A stretch of DNA of 28,020 bases from a virus (lineage: Duplodnaviria; Caudoviricetes). Below the pieces are notes generated by a model. It saw nothing but the letters and a program-made list of their open reading frames with translations. It did not search any database and had not been told where the DNA came from. The DNA is taken from positions 1 to 28,020 of the IMG/VR virus record IMGVR_UViG_3300038393_002063; one strand, 5' to 3'. Shown here in pieces: positions 7,723-15,176 of this stretch. Numbering within the stretch: position 1 is the stretch's first letter; the number at the start of each line of letters is the position of its first letter. The translations under genes were made by a program, and so were the position numbers.

Positions 7723-7752
7723 TTGCGTCCTACTAACGATGTTCGTTAGGTA
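7723..7752 (+). promoter_or_regulatory. PR-like promoter with perfect 17-bp palindromic operator
   Basis: TTGCGT-N17-TTAGGT; CTAACGA-TGT-TCGTTAG at 7733-7749; ATG 6 nt after the -10, implying a leaderless mRNA. Confidence 0.72.
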
Positions 7753-7757
7753 GCGCA

Positions 7758-7982
7758 ATGCGAAGCGTTCGTTCCATCATAGAAGAGCTCGGCGGCTCAA
7801 GCGCCGTCGCAAAGGCCCACGATCCCCGACTCGCACAGTCGACAGTCGATAGCTGGGTGCGTTCGAACTACGTCCCCGAATGGCGTCAGCCGGCCATCAT
7901 CAAGATTGCTAAAAAGCAGTCTAAGGCACTGACAAACGACGATTTCCCGCCAAAGGACCAGCGCATAAGGGCGGTCGGATGA
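7758..7982 (+). CDS. Cro-like HTH protein
   Basis: IIEELGGSSAVAKA...STVDSWVRSNYVP; divergent from the repressor. Confidence 0.8.
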   Translation: MRSVRSIIEELGGSSAVAKAHDPRLAQSTVDSWVRSNYVPEWRQPAIIKIAKKQSKALTNDDFPPKDQRIRAVG

Positions 7983-8260
7983 ACGGCGGCGACCGGGGGG
8001 ACATCGGCGCTCGCAAGACCCCGCCCAAGCCGACTGCGCAGCGTCCGCCGCAGACCGTCGTACCGACCCCTCAGAGGGGCGAAAAAAAATCTTCTCCACT
8101 CACGTTTTCGAGGCCCGCAAGAGGCCTCGGACGCCCGCTTTTTGCGACGCGACTCGAGTCGTTCCAGGCCGAGTCGCGGGGAGCCGCATGCGGGCCGGGG
8201 GCTGCGCTGCCCCGAACGGCGCGGTCCCCGAGTTTCGCGTCGCCGTTGCCCGCATGCTGA
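7979..8260 (+). CDS. Pro/Arg-rich hypothetical protein at the cII position
   Basis: ATGA overlap with cro and overlap with the next ATG, but low complexity and hairpin-rich. Confidence 0.4.
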   Translation: MNGGDRGDIGARKTPPKPTAQRPPQTVVPTPQRGEKKSSPLTFSRPARGLGRPLFATRLESFQAESRGAACGPGAALPRTARSPSFASPLPAC

Positions 8261-8865
8261 CACTCACCCCGCGCCCGCGCCTGTCCATGAGCCTCGACGG
8301 GCAGCGCTTCGGTGCGATCCTCGCCGATCCGCCGTGGCGCTTCGAGACATGGTCTGAAGCGGGCAAGGGCCGGAGCCCCGAGCGTCACTACGAGACGATG
8401 ACGCTGCAGGACATGGCCGACATGGACGTGCCCAGCGTCGCGGCTGACGACTGCGTGCTGTTCATGTGGGCGACGTGGCCGATGCTGCCGCAGGCGCTCG
8501 AACTGATCACCGCATGGGGCTTCAGGTACAAGACCTGCGGCTTCGACTGGATGAAGGCAGACGCGCGGCAGCATGACCTGTTCCGCGAGGATGCCGACGT
8601 GCAGGTCGGCCCAGGCTACTGGACGCGCGCGAACAGTGAGCCGTGCCTGCTCGCGACGCGCGGAAAGCCAAAGCGCATCAACGCCGATGTCCGCATGGGC
8701 ATCGTCGAGCCGCGGCGGCAGCACAGCCGAAAGCCCGATTGCGTCCATGGCCGTATCGAGCGGCTCGTCGCCGGTCCTTACCTCGAACTGTTCGCCCGCG
8801 CGCCGCGCGCCGGCTGGACGGTCTGGGGCAACGAGACCGACAAGTTCGCGGAAGCCGCGGCATGA
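8254..8865 (+). CDS. MT-A70-family N6-adenine methyltransferase
   Basis: ILADPPW, LFMWAT, WGFRYKT, GYWTRANSE, HSRKP, YLELFAR, WGNE; start uncertain (8188/8254/8287). Confidence 0.92.
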   Translation: MLTLTPRPRLSMSLDGQRFGAILADPPWRFETWSEAGKGRSPERHYETMTLQDMADMDVPSVAADDCVLFMWATWPMLPQALELITAWGFRYKTCGFDWMKADARQHDLFREDADVQVGPGYWTRANSEPCLLATRGKPKRINADVRMGIVEPRRQHSRKPDCVHGRIERLVAGPYLELFARAPRAGWTVWGNETDKFAEAAA

Positions 8866-9191
8866 ATGCCGTTCGAGACATCCGCCACGACAGCGAGCGG
8901 TTCGACTGGAATCACGCACGCGTCTCTCGCCTCTGCGAGCTCAATGGCTCGCGCGAGACCTTCGCCGAGATTGCGCGCGTCCTGCGCTGCAGCCGCGCCG
9001 CCGCGATCGGCAAGTTCAATCGGCTCATCGGTGAGGCCCAGGACGCGGGGCTGTCCCGCGACAGCGTCGCTGAGAGCCTCGCTCACGAACAAACCGTCGA
9101 AGACATCGCCCGCTTCTGGGGCGTGAGCGTCGGCGCCGTCGAGGCGCGGCTCGCCGAGATCCGGCGCGCGCTCGGTCCACAGGCGGTCTGA
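8862..9191 (+). CDS. GcrA-like N-terminal domain fused to a second HTH (109 aa)
   Basis: DWNHARVSRLCEL...FAEIARVLRCSRAAAIGKFNRL matches the GcrA W...L...IA..L..SRNAVIGK..RL pattern; ATGA overlap. Confidence 0.72.
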   Translation: MNAVRDIRHDSERFDWNHARVSRLCELNGSRETFAEIARVLRCSRAAAIGKFNRLIGEAQDAGLSRDSVAESLAHEQTVEDIARFWGVSVGAVEARLAEIRRALGPQAV

Positions 9192-9208
9192 GGGAAAGGG
9201 AGAGGAAC

Positions 9209-9772
9209 ATGGTCAACGGTGTTTTCGATGGCCCGATGCTCAAGCTGCTCGTCGAGCGCGCCGAGCGTGTCGAGGAAGAGATTGCCGGTCTCAAGGACGA
9301 CCTCAAGGACATCTTCAGCGACGCCAAGGCGAACGGCTTCAATCCGAAGGTGATGAAAAAGTGCATGGCGCTGCGCAAACAGGACAAGGAGCAGCGCGAC
9401 GAAGAGGAGACGCTGCTCGAGGCGTACAAGCGCGTCCTCGGTCTCTCGGACTTCGATGAGACCCCGCTCGGGCAATCCGTCGCGAAGCTCGACGAACTCG
9501 CCGATGAAAGCGGCGGCACAATCAGCATCCAGACCGCCGACGGGACGACCGTCGCCGAGTTCGGCAGCGAAGCGAAGAAGAAGCGGGGCAAGGGCCCCGT
9601 CAGCAATTCGATGTCCACCATCCCCGGCGGTGCCTACGCCGGCGAGGAACCTGCCGAACCCGAGAAGCCCAAGCGCGGCCGACCCAAGAAGGTGCGAGAG
9701 CCTGACGGTGGCGAGCTCGTCACCGTTCCGGCGAATGGCGTCGATTCCACGCAAGATTCAGCCGCAAGCTGA
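9209..9772 (+). CDS. gapR: GapR/DUF2312 nucleoid protein with long C-terminal extension
   Basis: LKLLVERAERVEEE...DLKDIFSDAKANGFNPKVMKKCMALRK...EEETLLEAYKRVLG; strong RBS. Confidence 0.88.
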   Translation: MVNGVFDGPMLKLLVERAERVEEEIAGLKDDLKDIFSDAKANGFNPKVMKKCMALRKQDKEQRDEEETLLEAYKRVLGLSDFDETPLGQSVAKLDELADESGGTISIQTADGTTVAEFGSEAKKKRGKGPVSNSMSTIPGGAYAGEEPAEPEKPKRGRPKKVREPDGGELVTVPANGVDSTQDSAAS

Positions 9773-10326
9773 TGTACCTCGCGCTCAAGCCGGGAGCGCG
9801 GTGCGGGTGGGCCGCATGGTCGCCGGGGGATCCTCGGCCGGCCTGCGGCTCATTCGACATGCCTATCAAGGACGGCATGGGGCGCGTCGGCTGCCTCACG
9901 CACGCCTGGCTCGTCGAGCTTCAGCAAGTCCATCCCTTCAGCGTATTCGCATACGAAGAGCCGACCGGCTCATCGTCGGGCGACAACGAAGCCATCCTCA
10001 GCGCCGCGATGACGATCGCTATCGCCGCTCACCTCGAAAGCTACTGCCACCACCAAGGCGTCTCCTGCCGCAGCGTCAGCATCGGCGCATGGCGCCGCAC
10101 ACTGCTCGGCAAGGGCGTCGGCGAGAGCGCCAAGACCTTCAACGGCTGGATGCGCAAGCGGCTCGAGGAATTCGGCTGGTGGCGGCTGAAACGCCGCGAG
10201 GAGCAGGATGCCTGCGGCGTCCTTGATCACCTCATCCTCCTCGGCGGACGGCACACGCCGCCATGGCGGGAGAAAGAGCTCGCCGACCTTCAAGCGCCGG
10301 TTGCGGCAGCGGGAGGCCGGCGGTGA
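9772..10326 (+). CDS. RuvC-like (RNase H fold) protein, first acidic residue missing
   Basis: YLALKPGARCGWA, AYEEP, WRRTLLGKG, EEQDACGVL pattern. Confidence 0.65.
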   Translation: MYLALKPGARCGWAAWSPGDPRPACGSFDMPIKDGMGRVGCLTHAWLVELQQVHPFSVFAYEEPTGSSSGDNEAILSAAMTIAIAAHLESYCHHQGVSCRSVSIGAWRRTLLGKGVGESAKTFNGWMRKRLEEFGWWRLKRREEQDACGVLDHLILLGGRHTPPWREKELADLQAPVAAAGGRR

Positions 10327-10712
10327 CAGAGCACAATCGCACCGAAGCCGCCAAGCGGCTTCTCGCTCGCATCGAACTGTGGTGCGACCGAACCGGCACG
10401 CCTGAAAGCACCATCGGCCATGCGCTGTTCGGTGCGCCGGGCTTCGTCGGCCTGATGCGCAAACGCCTAACCGTAAGCGGCGACAAAGAGCAGTCCGTGC
10501 GGGACTTCTTCGAGGAGTACCCTGACGGCTTCCATGGCGAGCTGCCAGCGCTGTTCCCCAACGGCATGAAGCCGCGCCGCGCGGCCGTCGAGCAAATGCG
10601 CTGCAAGCTCACCGACGAAGAGATCGCTGCGCGTCGCCTAGACCGTGACGCCTGCCCGCGCTGCGGAGTCCGCGCCGACATCGGCTGCAAGCATCAGCGA
10701 GCGTTCGCATGA
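10323..10712 (+). CDS. Putative HTH DNA-binding protein with C-terminal CxxC-CxH knuckle
   Basis: LLARIELWCDRTGTPESTIGHALFG; DACPRCGVRADIGCKH; GTGA overlap. Confidence 0.68.
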   Translation: MTEHNRTEAAKRLLARIELWCDRTGTPESTIGHALFGAPGFVGLMRKRLTVSGDKEQSVRDFFEEYPDGFHGELPALFPNGMKPRRAAVEQMRCKLTDEEIAARRLDRDACPRCGVRADIGCKHQRAFA

Positions 10713-11245
10713 ACGACCGCATGGACGTCGACGAATATCGTCGCCTGCAAGGCCTGCCTCCGCGCGGCCGGCGCGATGGCGTCATCACGATGACGAACCC
10801 CGGCGATGACAAACGGGTCAAAGAGCATTTCCTGCGCGGCGAGGAGATCGACCGCCACGGCGCACCGTTCGCGCCAGCTGCAAAGGGCAAGGCTCATCAC
10901 ATGCTCGGCCGGCTGGGCGTCGGCATCATGAACAAGACCGAAGCCCGCTTCGAGCGCGAGATGCTCATCCCTGCAAAAGAGCGCGGCGAGATCACCTGGT
11001 ATGCATTCGAAGGCATCAAGCTCCGTCTCGCCGAGCGGACCTATCTCACCGTCGATTTCTTCGTCCGGCGGCCGGACCTCACCTTCGAAGCGATCGACGT
11101 CAAGGGTGCTCGCGCCATCGTCGAGGAAGACGCTCGCGTGAAGATGAAGGTCGCTGCGGCGATGTTCCCGTTCTCGTTCAGGCTCGCATTTCCACGTCCG
11201 CGCGCACTCGGCGGCGGCTGGCTCATTGAGGAGGTAAAGGGGTGA
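10709..11245 (+). CDS. PD-(D/E)XK nuclease, DUF1064-like
   Basis: MNKTEARF, FEGIKLRLA, YLTVDFFV, IDVKG, DARVKMKVAA. Confidence 0.75.
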   Translation: MNDRMDVDEYRRLQGLPPRGRRDGVITMTNPGDDKRVKEHFLRGEEIDRHGAPFAPAAKGKAHHMLGRLGVGIMNKTEARFEREMLIPAKERGEITWYAFEGIKLRLAERTYLTVDFFVRRPDLTFEAIDVKGARAIVEEDARVKMKVAAAMFPFSFRLAFPRPRALGGGWLIEEVKG

Positions 11246-12234
11246 TCAACGCTTTGGGCAACAAGCGCTTCGTCATCGGGGCAAGCAATCGTGTCGCTGC
11301 ATCCGCCGCGACCAATCTCGTCAGCGATGCACGCTGCGCGTTCAACACGCTGCTGATCCGTGGCGACGGCGGCACGGGGAAGACGCACCTTCTCCACCAC
11401 ATCGAGAAGCTGCACTCAGCGCTTCATCCGAACGCGAGCCGCATGTTCGTCAATGCGGGCGAGCTGATGCGATGGCCGGAGAAGGATTACGAAGAGAAGC
11501 TCATCGGCGTCGACCTGATGATGCTCGACGACATCGACCTGCTCACCAAGCATGGCGCCGCAGTCGAGACGCTGTCGCACGTCATTGATGCGGTGTCGCG
11601 CCATGGCGGGCGCGTCGCCATGACGACCACGCTCGCACCGCGAGACTTGGCGGCATCGGGCTTCAGTCCGCGCCTTGTCTCACGGCTCTTCGATGCTGCG
11701 GGCGCCGATCTCGGACGACCGAGCCCCGACATGCGCGCCGACATCATGCGCGCCGAGTTCGAAGGCTGGCCGGACCTCGCCGTTCGCGAGACGCTGCTCG
11801 ACTCCGTTGCGCCTGCGCTTCCTGCGGATGGCCACGTCATCGTCGGCGCGGCGAAGCGCCTTGCGCTGCGCGTGCACACCACGGGCGTCACGCCATCGCA
11901 GCACGAGACGCTGAAGCTCCTGGCGGACAACATCAACATGCTGCCGCGCATCGCGGTCGCGTCGATACAGCAGCGCACCGCCGCACATTTCCACATTCCC
12001 AATCGCGAGATGACCTCGCAGCGCCGATCACGAGATGTCGCGCGGCCGCGGCAGATTTCGATGTATCTCTGCAAGCAGCTGACGCCCAAGTCGCTGCCCG
12101 CCATCGGGCGGCTGCATGGCGGACGCGATCACACGACCGTCATCCATGCGCTGCGCACTGTCGAGCGCCTGCGCACAACCGACGCCGAACTCGACGCCGA
12201 CATCCGCGTGCTCGAGCGCGAGCTCACGCATTGA
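11242..12234 (+). CDS. dnaA: DnaA homolog, domains III (AAA+) and IV only
   Basis: FVIGASNRVA, GDGGTGKTHLL, LMMLDDI, RLVSRL, RSRDVARPRQISMYLCKQLTPKSLPAIGRLHGGRDHTTVIHA. Confidence 0.92.
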   Translation: MINALGNKRFVIGASNRVAASAATNLVSDARCAFNTLLIRGDGGTGKTHLLHHIEKLHSALHPNASRMFVNAGELMRWPEKDYEEKLIGVDLMMLDDIDLLTKHGAAVETLSHVIDAVSRHGGRVAMTTTLAPRDLAASGFSPRLVSRLFDAAGADLGRPSPDMRADIMRAEFEGWPDLAVRETLLDSVAPALPADGHVIVGAAKRLALRVHTTGVTPSQHETLKLLADNINMLPRIAVASIQQRTAAHFHIPNREMTSQRRSRDVARPRQISMYLCKQLTPKSLPAIGRLHGGRDHTTVIHALRTVERLRTTDAELDADIRVLERELTH

Positions 12235-13262
12235 GCGTTCAAATCCTCATTGGCGACTGCCGCGAGCGTCTGCGCGAGTTGCCAGACGCGAGCGTGAACT
12301 GCTGCGTCACGTCGCCGCCCTACTTCGGCCTACGCGACTACGGCGTTGACGGTCAGATGGGGCTTGAGCCGACTCCTGACGAGTTCGTGGCGGGCATGGT
12401 CGAGGTGTTCCGCGAGGTGCGGCGCGTGCTGCGCGACGATGGAACGCTGTGGCTGAACATCGGGGACAGCTACGCTAACGATGGCAAATGGGGCGGGCAC
12501 ACTGGCGGTAAACACGCAAAGGCGCTGCATTGCTCCCCGATCGGACGACAGAAGCGCTACACCGGCCTCAAGCCTAAAGACCTGATCGGCATTCCCTGGA
12601 TGCTGGCATTCGCGCTGCGAGCTGATGGCTGGTTTCTTAGGCAGGAGATCATTTGGGCAAAGCCAAATCCAATGCCTGAGAGCGTCCGCGATCGGTGCAC
12701 CAAGTCCCACGAGCAAATCTTCCTTCTGTCGAAGTCCAAGTCGTACCACTACGACGCCGCTTCCATCGCCGAGCCCGTCACGGCGTCGACAGTCGCGAGG
12801 CTCGGACAGGCCACGCTGGAAGAGCAGGCCGGATCAAATCGAGTGCCCGGTAAAACCAATGGGCCGATGAAAGCAAAGCCGCCCCGCTTCGGCGGTGAGA
12901 AGTATGGCGACATTGGTGACGGCGGCGCGAACGACAAGACGCGCACGAAGAGCGGCAATGCCTACACTGGCGGAGAGGGGAAGGCGAATAAGCGGTCGGT
13001 TTGGATTGTCCCGACGCAGCCTTTCAGCGAGGCGCATTTCGCCACGTTTCCGCCCGCGCTTATCGAGCCGTGCATATTGGCAGGCTGCCCCAAGGGCGGA
13101 ACTATATTGGACCCCTTCTTTGGTGCAGGAACAACTGGTCTCGTCGCCGACCGCCTTCATCGTGATTGCATAGGGATCGAACTAAATCCCGAGTACGCGG
13201 CGCTGGCTCAGCGACGTATCGAGGGCGACGCCAGGCTCTTCGCTCAGGTGAGGGCGGCATGA
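12231..13262 (+). CDS. Beta-class N4-C/N6-A DNA methyltransferase
   Basis: VTSPPY, IIWAKPNPMPESVRDR, HFATFP, ILDPFFGAGTT, GIELNPEY; TTG start. Confidence 0.93.
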   Translation: MSVQILIGDCRERLRELPDASVNCCVTSPPYFGLRDYGVDGQMGLEPTPDEFVAGMVEVFREVRRVLRDDGTLWLNIGDSYANDGKWGGHTGGKHAKALHCSPIGRQKRYTGLKPKDLIGIPWMLAFALRADGWFLRQEIIWAKPNPMPESVRDRCTKSHEQIFLLSKSKSYHYDAASIAEPVTASTVARLGQATLEEQAGSNRVPGKTNGPMKAKPPRFGGEKYGDIGDGGANDKTRTKSGNAYTGGEGKANKRSVWIVPTQPFSEAHFATFPPALIEPCILAGCPKGGTILDPFFGAGTTGLVADRLHRDCIGIELNPEYAALAQRRIEGDARLFAQVRAA

Positions 13263-13840
13263 GTCTCCTCATCGACCCGCTCGGCTCATTCGACCTCGTC
13301 GACCGCGACGAGGCGAACGATTGCCTTGTGCGATGGGGACACCAGCACGGTGCCAACAACCGCCCGCGCTTCTGCGTCCCCATTGATTTCGGTCTTCGCC
13401 GTAAGGGCAATCTCGTCGCTGTCGCCATGGCCGACACGCTGATCAGGCCGACATGCGACTTCACCCGCAATGATGCCTTCGAGTTGTCGCGCCTCTGCGC
13501 TGCCGAGCCGCGGATCAGTCGCCTCATGCTGAGGATGTGGACGGAGCTCGGCTATCCCGAGATCGTCCGCACATGGGGCACGCCTTGGGCGATAAGCTAC
13601 CAGGACGCGACGAAGCACACCGGCAACCTCTACCGCTTCGACGGCTGGGTGCGGCTGCGCTTCACGCAGGGCGGCTCGGATCCGCGCGCTCGGGAAAGCA
13701 CGGAATCAGCACGCAAGCGCTGGATATGGGGCTGGCACAGCGACGAGCAGCTGCGTGCGGAGCGCAAGGCCTTCGAGAAGAAGCGGCTCGACGACATCGA
13801 ACAGGAAAAGGCCGCTCGTAAGCAAAGGCGCGCAGCATGA
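13259..13840 (+). CDS. Mom-like/XF1762-like GNAT-fold putative DNA modification protein
   Basis: EANDCLVRWGH, ELSRLC, ISYQDATKHTGNLYRFDGW, KRWIW; ATGA overlaps at both ends. Confidence 0.65.
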   Translation: MSLLIDPLGSFDLVDRDEANDCLVRWGHQHGANNRPRFCVPIDFGLRRKGNLVAVAMADTLIRPTCDFTRNDAFELSRLCAAEPRISRLMLRMWTELGYPEIVRTWGTPWAISYQDATKHTGNLYRFDGWVRLRFTQGGSDPRARESTESARKRWIWGWHSDEQLRAERKAFEKKRLDDIEQEKAARKQRRAA

Positions 13841-14985
13841 GCTGGGAAACCGAACAGTGGGCCCGTCAGCAGCGCGCCGGCGATCCGGTGCGCAAGGCCA
13901 TCCTGGTTGCTGTCGCCAACGAAGCCGACACCTCAGGGCGCAATGCCTTCCCCTCCGTCAAGTTCATCGCCTTCCAGTGCGAGGTGTCTGAGCGCACCGT
14001 GCAGCGCCGGCTGCAAGAGCTCGAGGATATGTGCCTGCTCAGGCGGGTGAAGCGGTTCAGGCCCGACGGCTCGCAGTCGTCGAACGGCTACGACCTCATC
14101 GGCTACGAGCCGCCCCTTCAGTTCAACCCGAAAGAGCCGAAAAGGCGGGGTGACAAATTGACACCCCCTCCCGGTGACAGAATGGCGGGGGAGGGTGACG
14201 CCGGCGACAGGGGCGGGGTGACAATGGCGTCACCCCAAAGACCTAACCACTTACCTATCCCCCCCACTGCTGGTGAAGAAGATTCACCAGCAGTACCCCC
14301 CCAAGGGGGTCTCCCGCTTGAGGAAATCATCAATTCAGAGAGTAGAAACAGTAGGTTAGGGCAAAAAGGGCACGAAGAGGAAATCACCCCTGCGCCGCCC
14401 AGACCACGGCGCGGCGCACGTCTGCCCGACGACTGGACTCCGCCGCCCGTCGATACGCTGCCGCAGCCGACGCAGGCCGTGCTCAAGCAATGGCCGCCAG
14501 GTGCCTACGAGTTCGTCGCCACGGGCTTTGCCGCGCACTGGACGGCCGAGAACGGCGCCCGCGCCTCGAAGCGGGACTGGCGGGCGGCATGGATCAAATG
14601 GCTCAGCACGGAGGGACCGCGAGTGATGGCGATGGCGAAGAGCGGGATTAGGTTCGCTGAAGCGCTCACCTCTCGAACAGACCCCGCTGCCGCTGCCGAC
14701 ATCGAACGGCTCCATCATGGAGAAGACGACCGCGTCGCCGCGCTTCGCGGCAGGCTGCGCGCTGACTTGGGCGAGCAAACCTACGCCGGCTGGCTGCAAC
14801 CGACCGCTATCAGCATCGAGAAGAACGCACCGGGCACCGGATGGATGGTCGATGTCTTCTGCCCGAGCCGCTTCTTCTGCGATTGGGTGAGGCAGCATTT
14901 CGCGCCGACGATCCGCGGCATGGCGATGAAGGTGCTCGAGAACGACGACGTCACCGTCACCTGCGAAGACGTGGGTGACCGCTGA
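13837..14985 (+). CDS. Phage replication initiator: N-terminal wHTH, iteron region, C-terminal DnaA domain I-like module
   Basis: KAILVAVANEAD..G.NAFPSVKFIAFQCEVSERTVQRRLQELE...SNGY; C-terminus LGEQTYAGWLQP...PSRFFCDWVRQHF. Confidence 0.85.
   Translation: MSWETEQWARQQRAGDPVRKAILVAVANEADTSGRNAFPSVKFIAFQCEVSERTVQRRLQELEDMCLLRRVKRFRPDGSQSSNGYDLIGYEPPLQFNPKEPKRRGDKLTPPPGDRMAGEGDAGDRGGVTMASPQRPNHLPIPPTAGEEDSPAVPPQGGLPLEEIINSESRNSRLGQKGHEEEITPAPPRPRRGARLPDDWTPPPVDTLPQPTQAVLKQWPPGAYEFVATGFAAHWTAENGARASKRDWRAAWIKWLSTEGPRVMAMAKSGIRFAEALTSRTDPAAAADIERLHHGEDDRVAALRGRLRADLGEQTYAGWLQPTAISIEKNAPGTGWMVDVFCPSRFFCDWVRQHFAPTIRGMAMKVLENDDVTVTCEDVGDR
14147..14370. repeat. Putative replication origin: GGTGAC iterons, inverted repeat and A-rich tract inside the initiator gene
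   Basis: GGTGAC at 14149, 14173, 14194, 14217; perfect 12-bp IR ACTGCTGGTGAA/TTCACCAGCAGT at 14266-14294. Confidence 0.72.
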
Positions 14986-15176
14986 TGGCGTCGTCGCTCG
15001 CTCGCTTCGCGCATCTCTGGAACGAAGAGGACCATGTGAAGGGCCGCGCGATGGCACGCGACGCTTGGCAGCACACCGGCCTCATCCTGATCAATCCGAA
15101 CTGGCTCGGCTGGGCAGACCGCAAGCAGGCGGAGATCCTGGCCGAGAAGCTGCATGGCAAGAGGAAGGGGGCCTGA
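14985..15176 (+). CDS. Small hypothetical protein
   Basis: TGATG-coupled ORF. Confidence 0.7.
   Translation: MASSLARFAHLWNEEDHVKGRAMARDAWQHTGLILINPNWLGWADRKQAEILAEKLHGKRKGA

Noticed and set aside
5757-12234. Host chromosomal dnaA-dnaN origin region
   Set aside because: The genes are in divergent phage operons, DnaA lacks domains I-II, and no recF/gyrB/rpmH context is present
10709-13262. Restriction-modification system from the nuclease plus MTase
   Set aside because: The nuclease resembles common phage replication-region DUF1064-like proteins and is separated from the MTase by dnaA; orphan MTases are more likely
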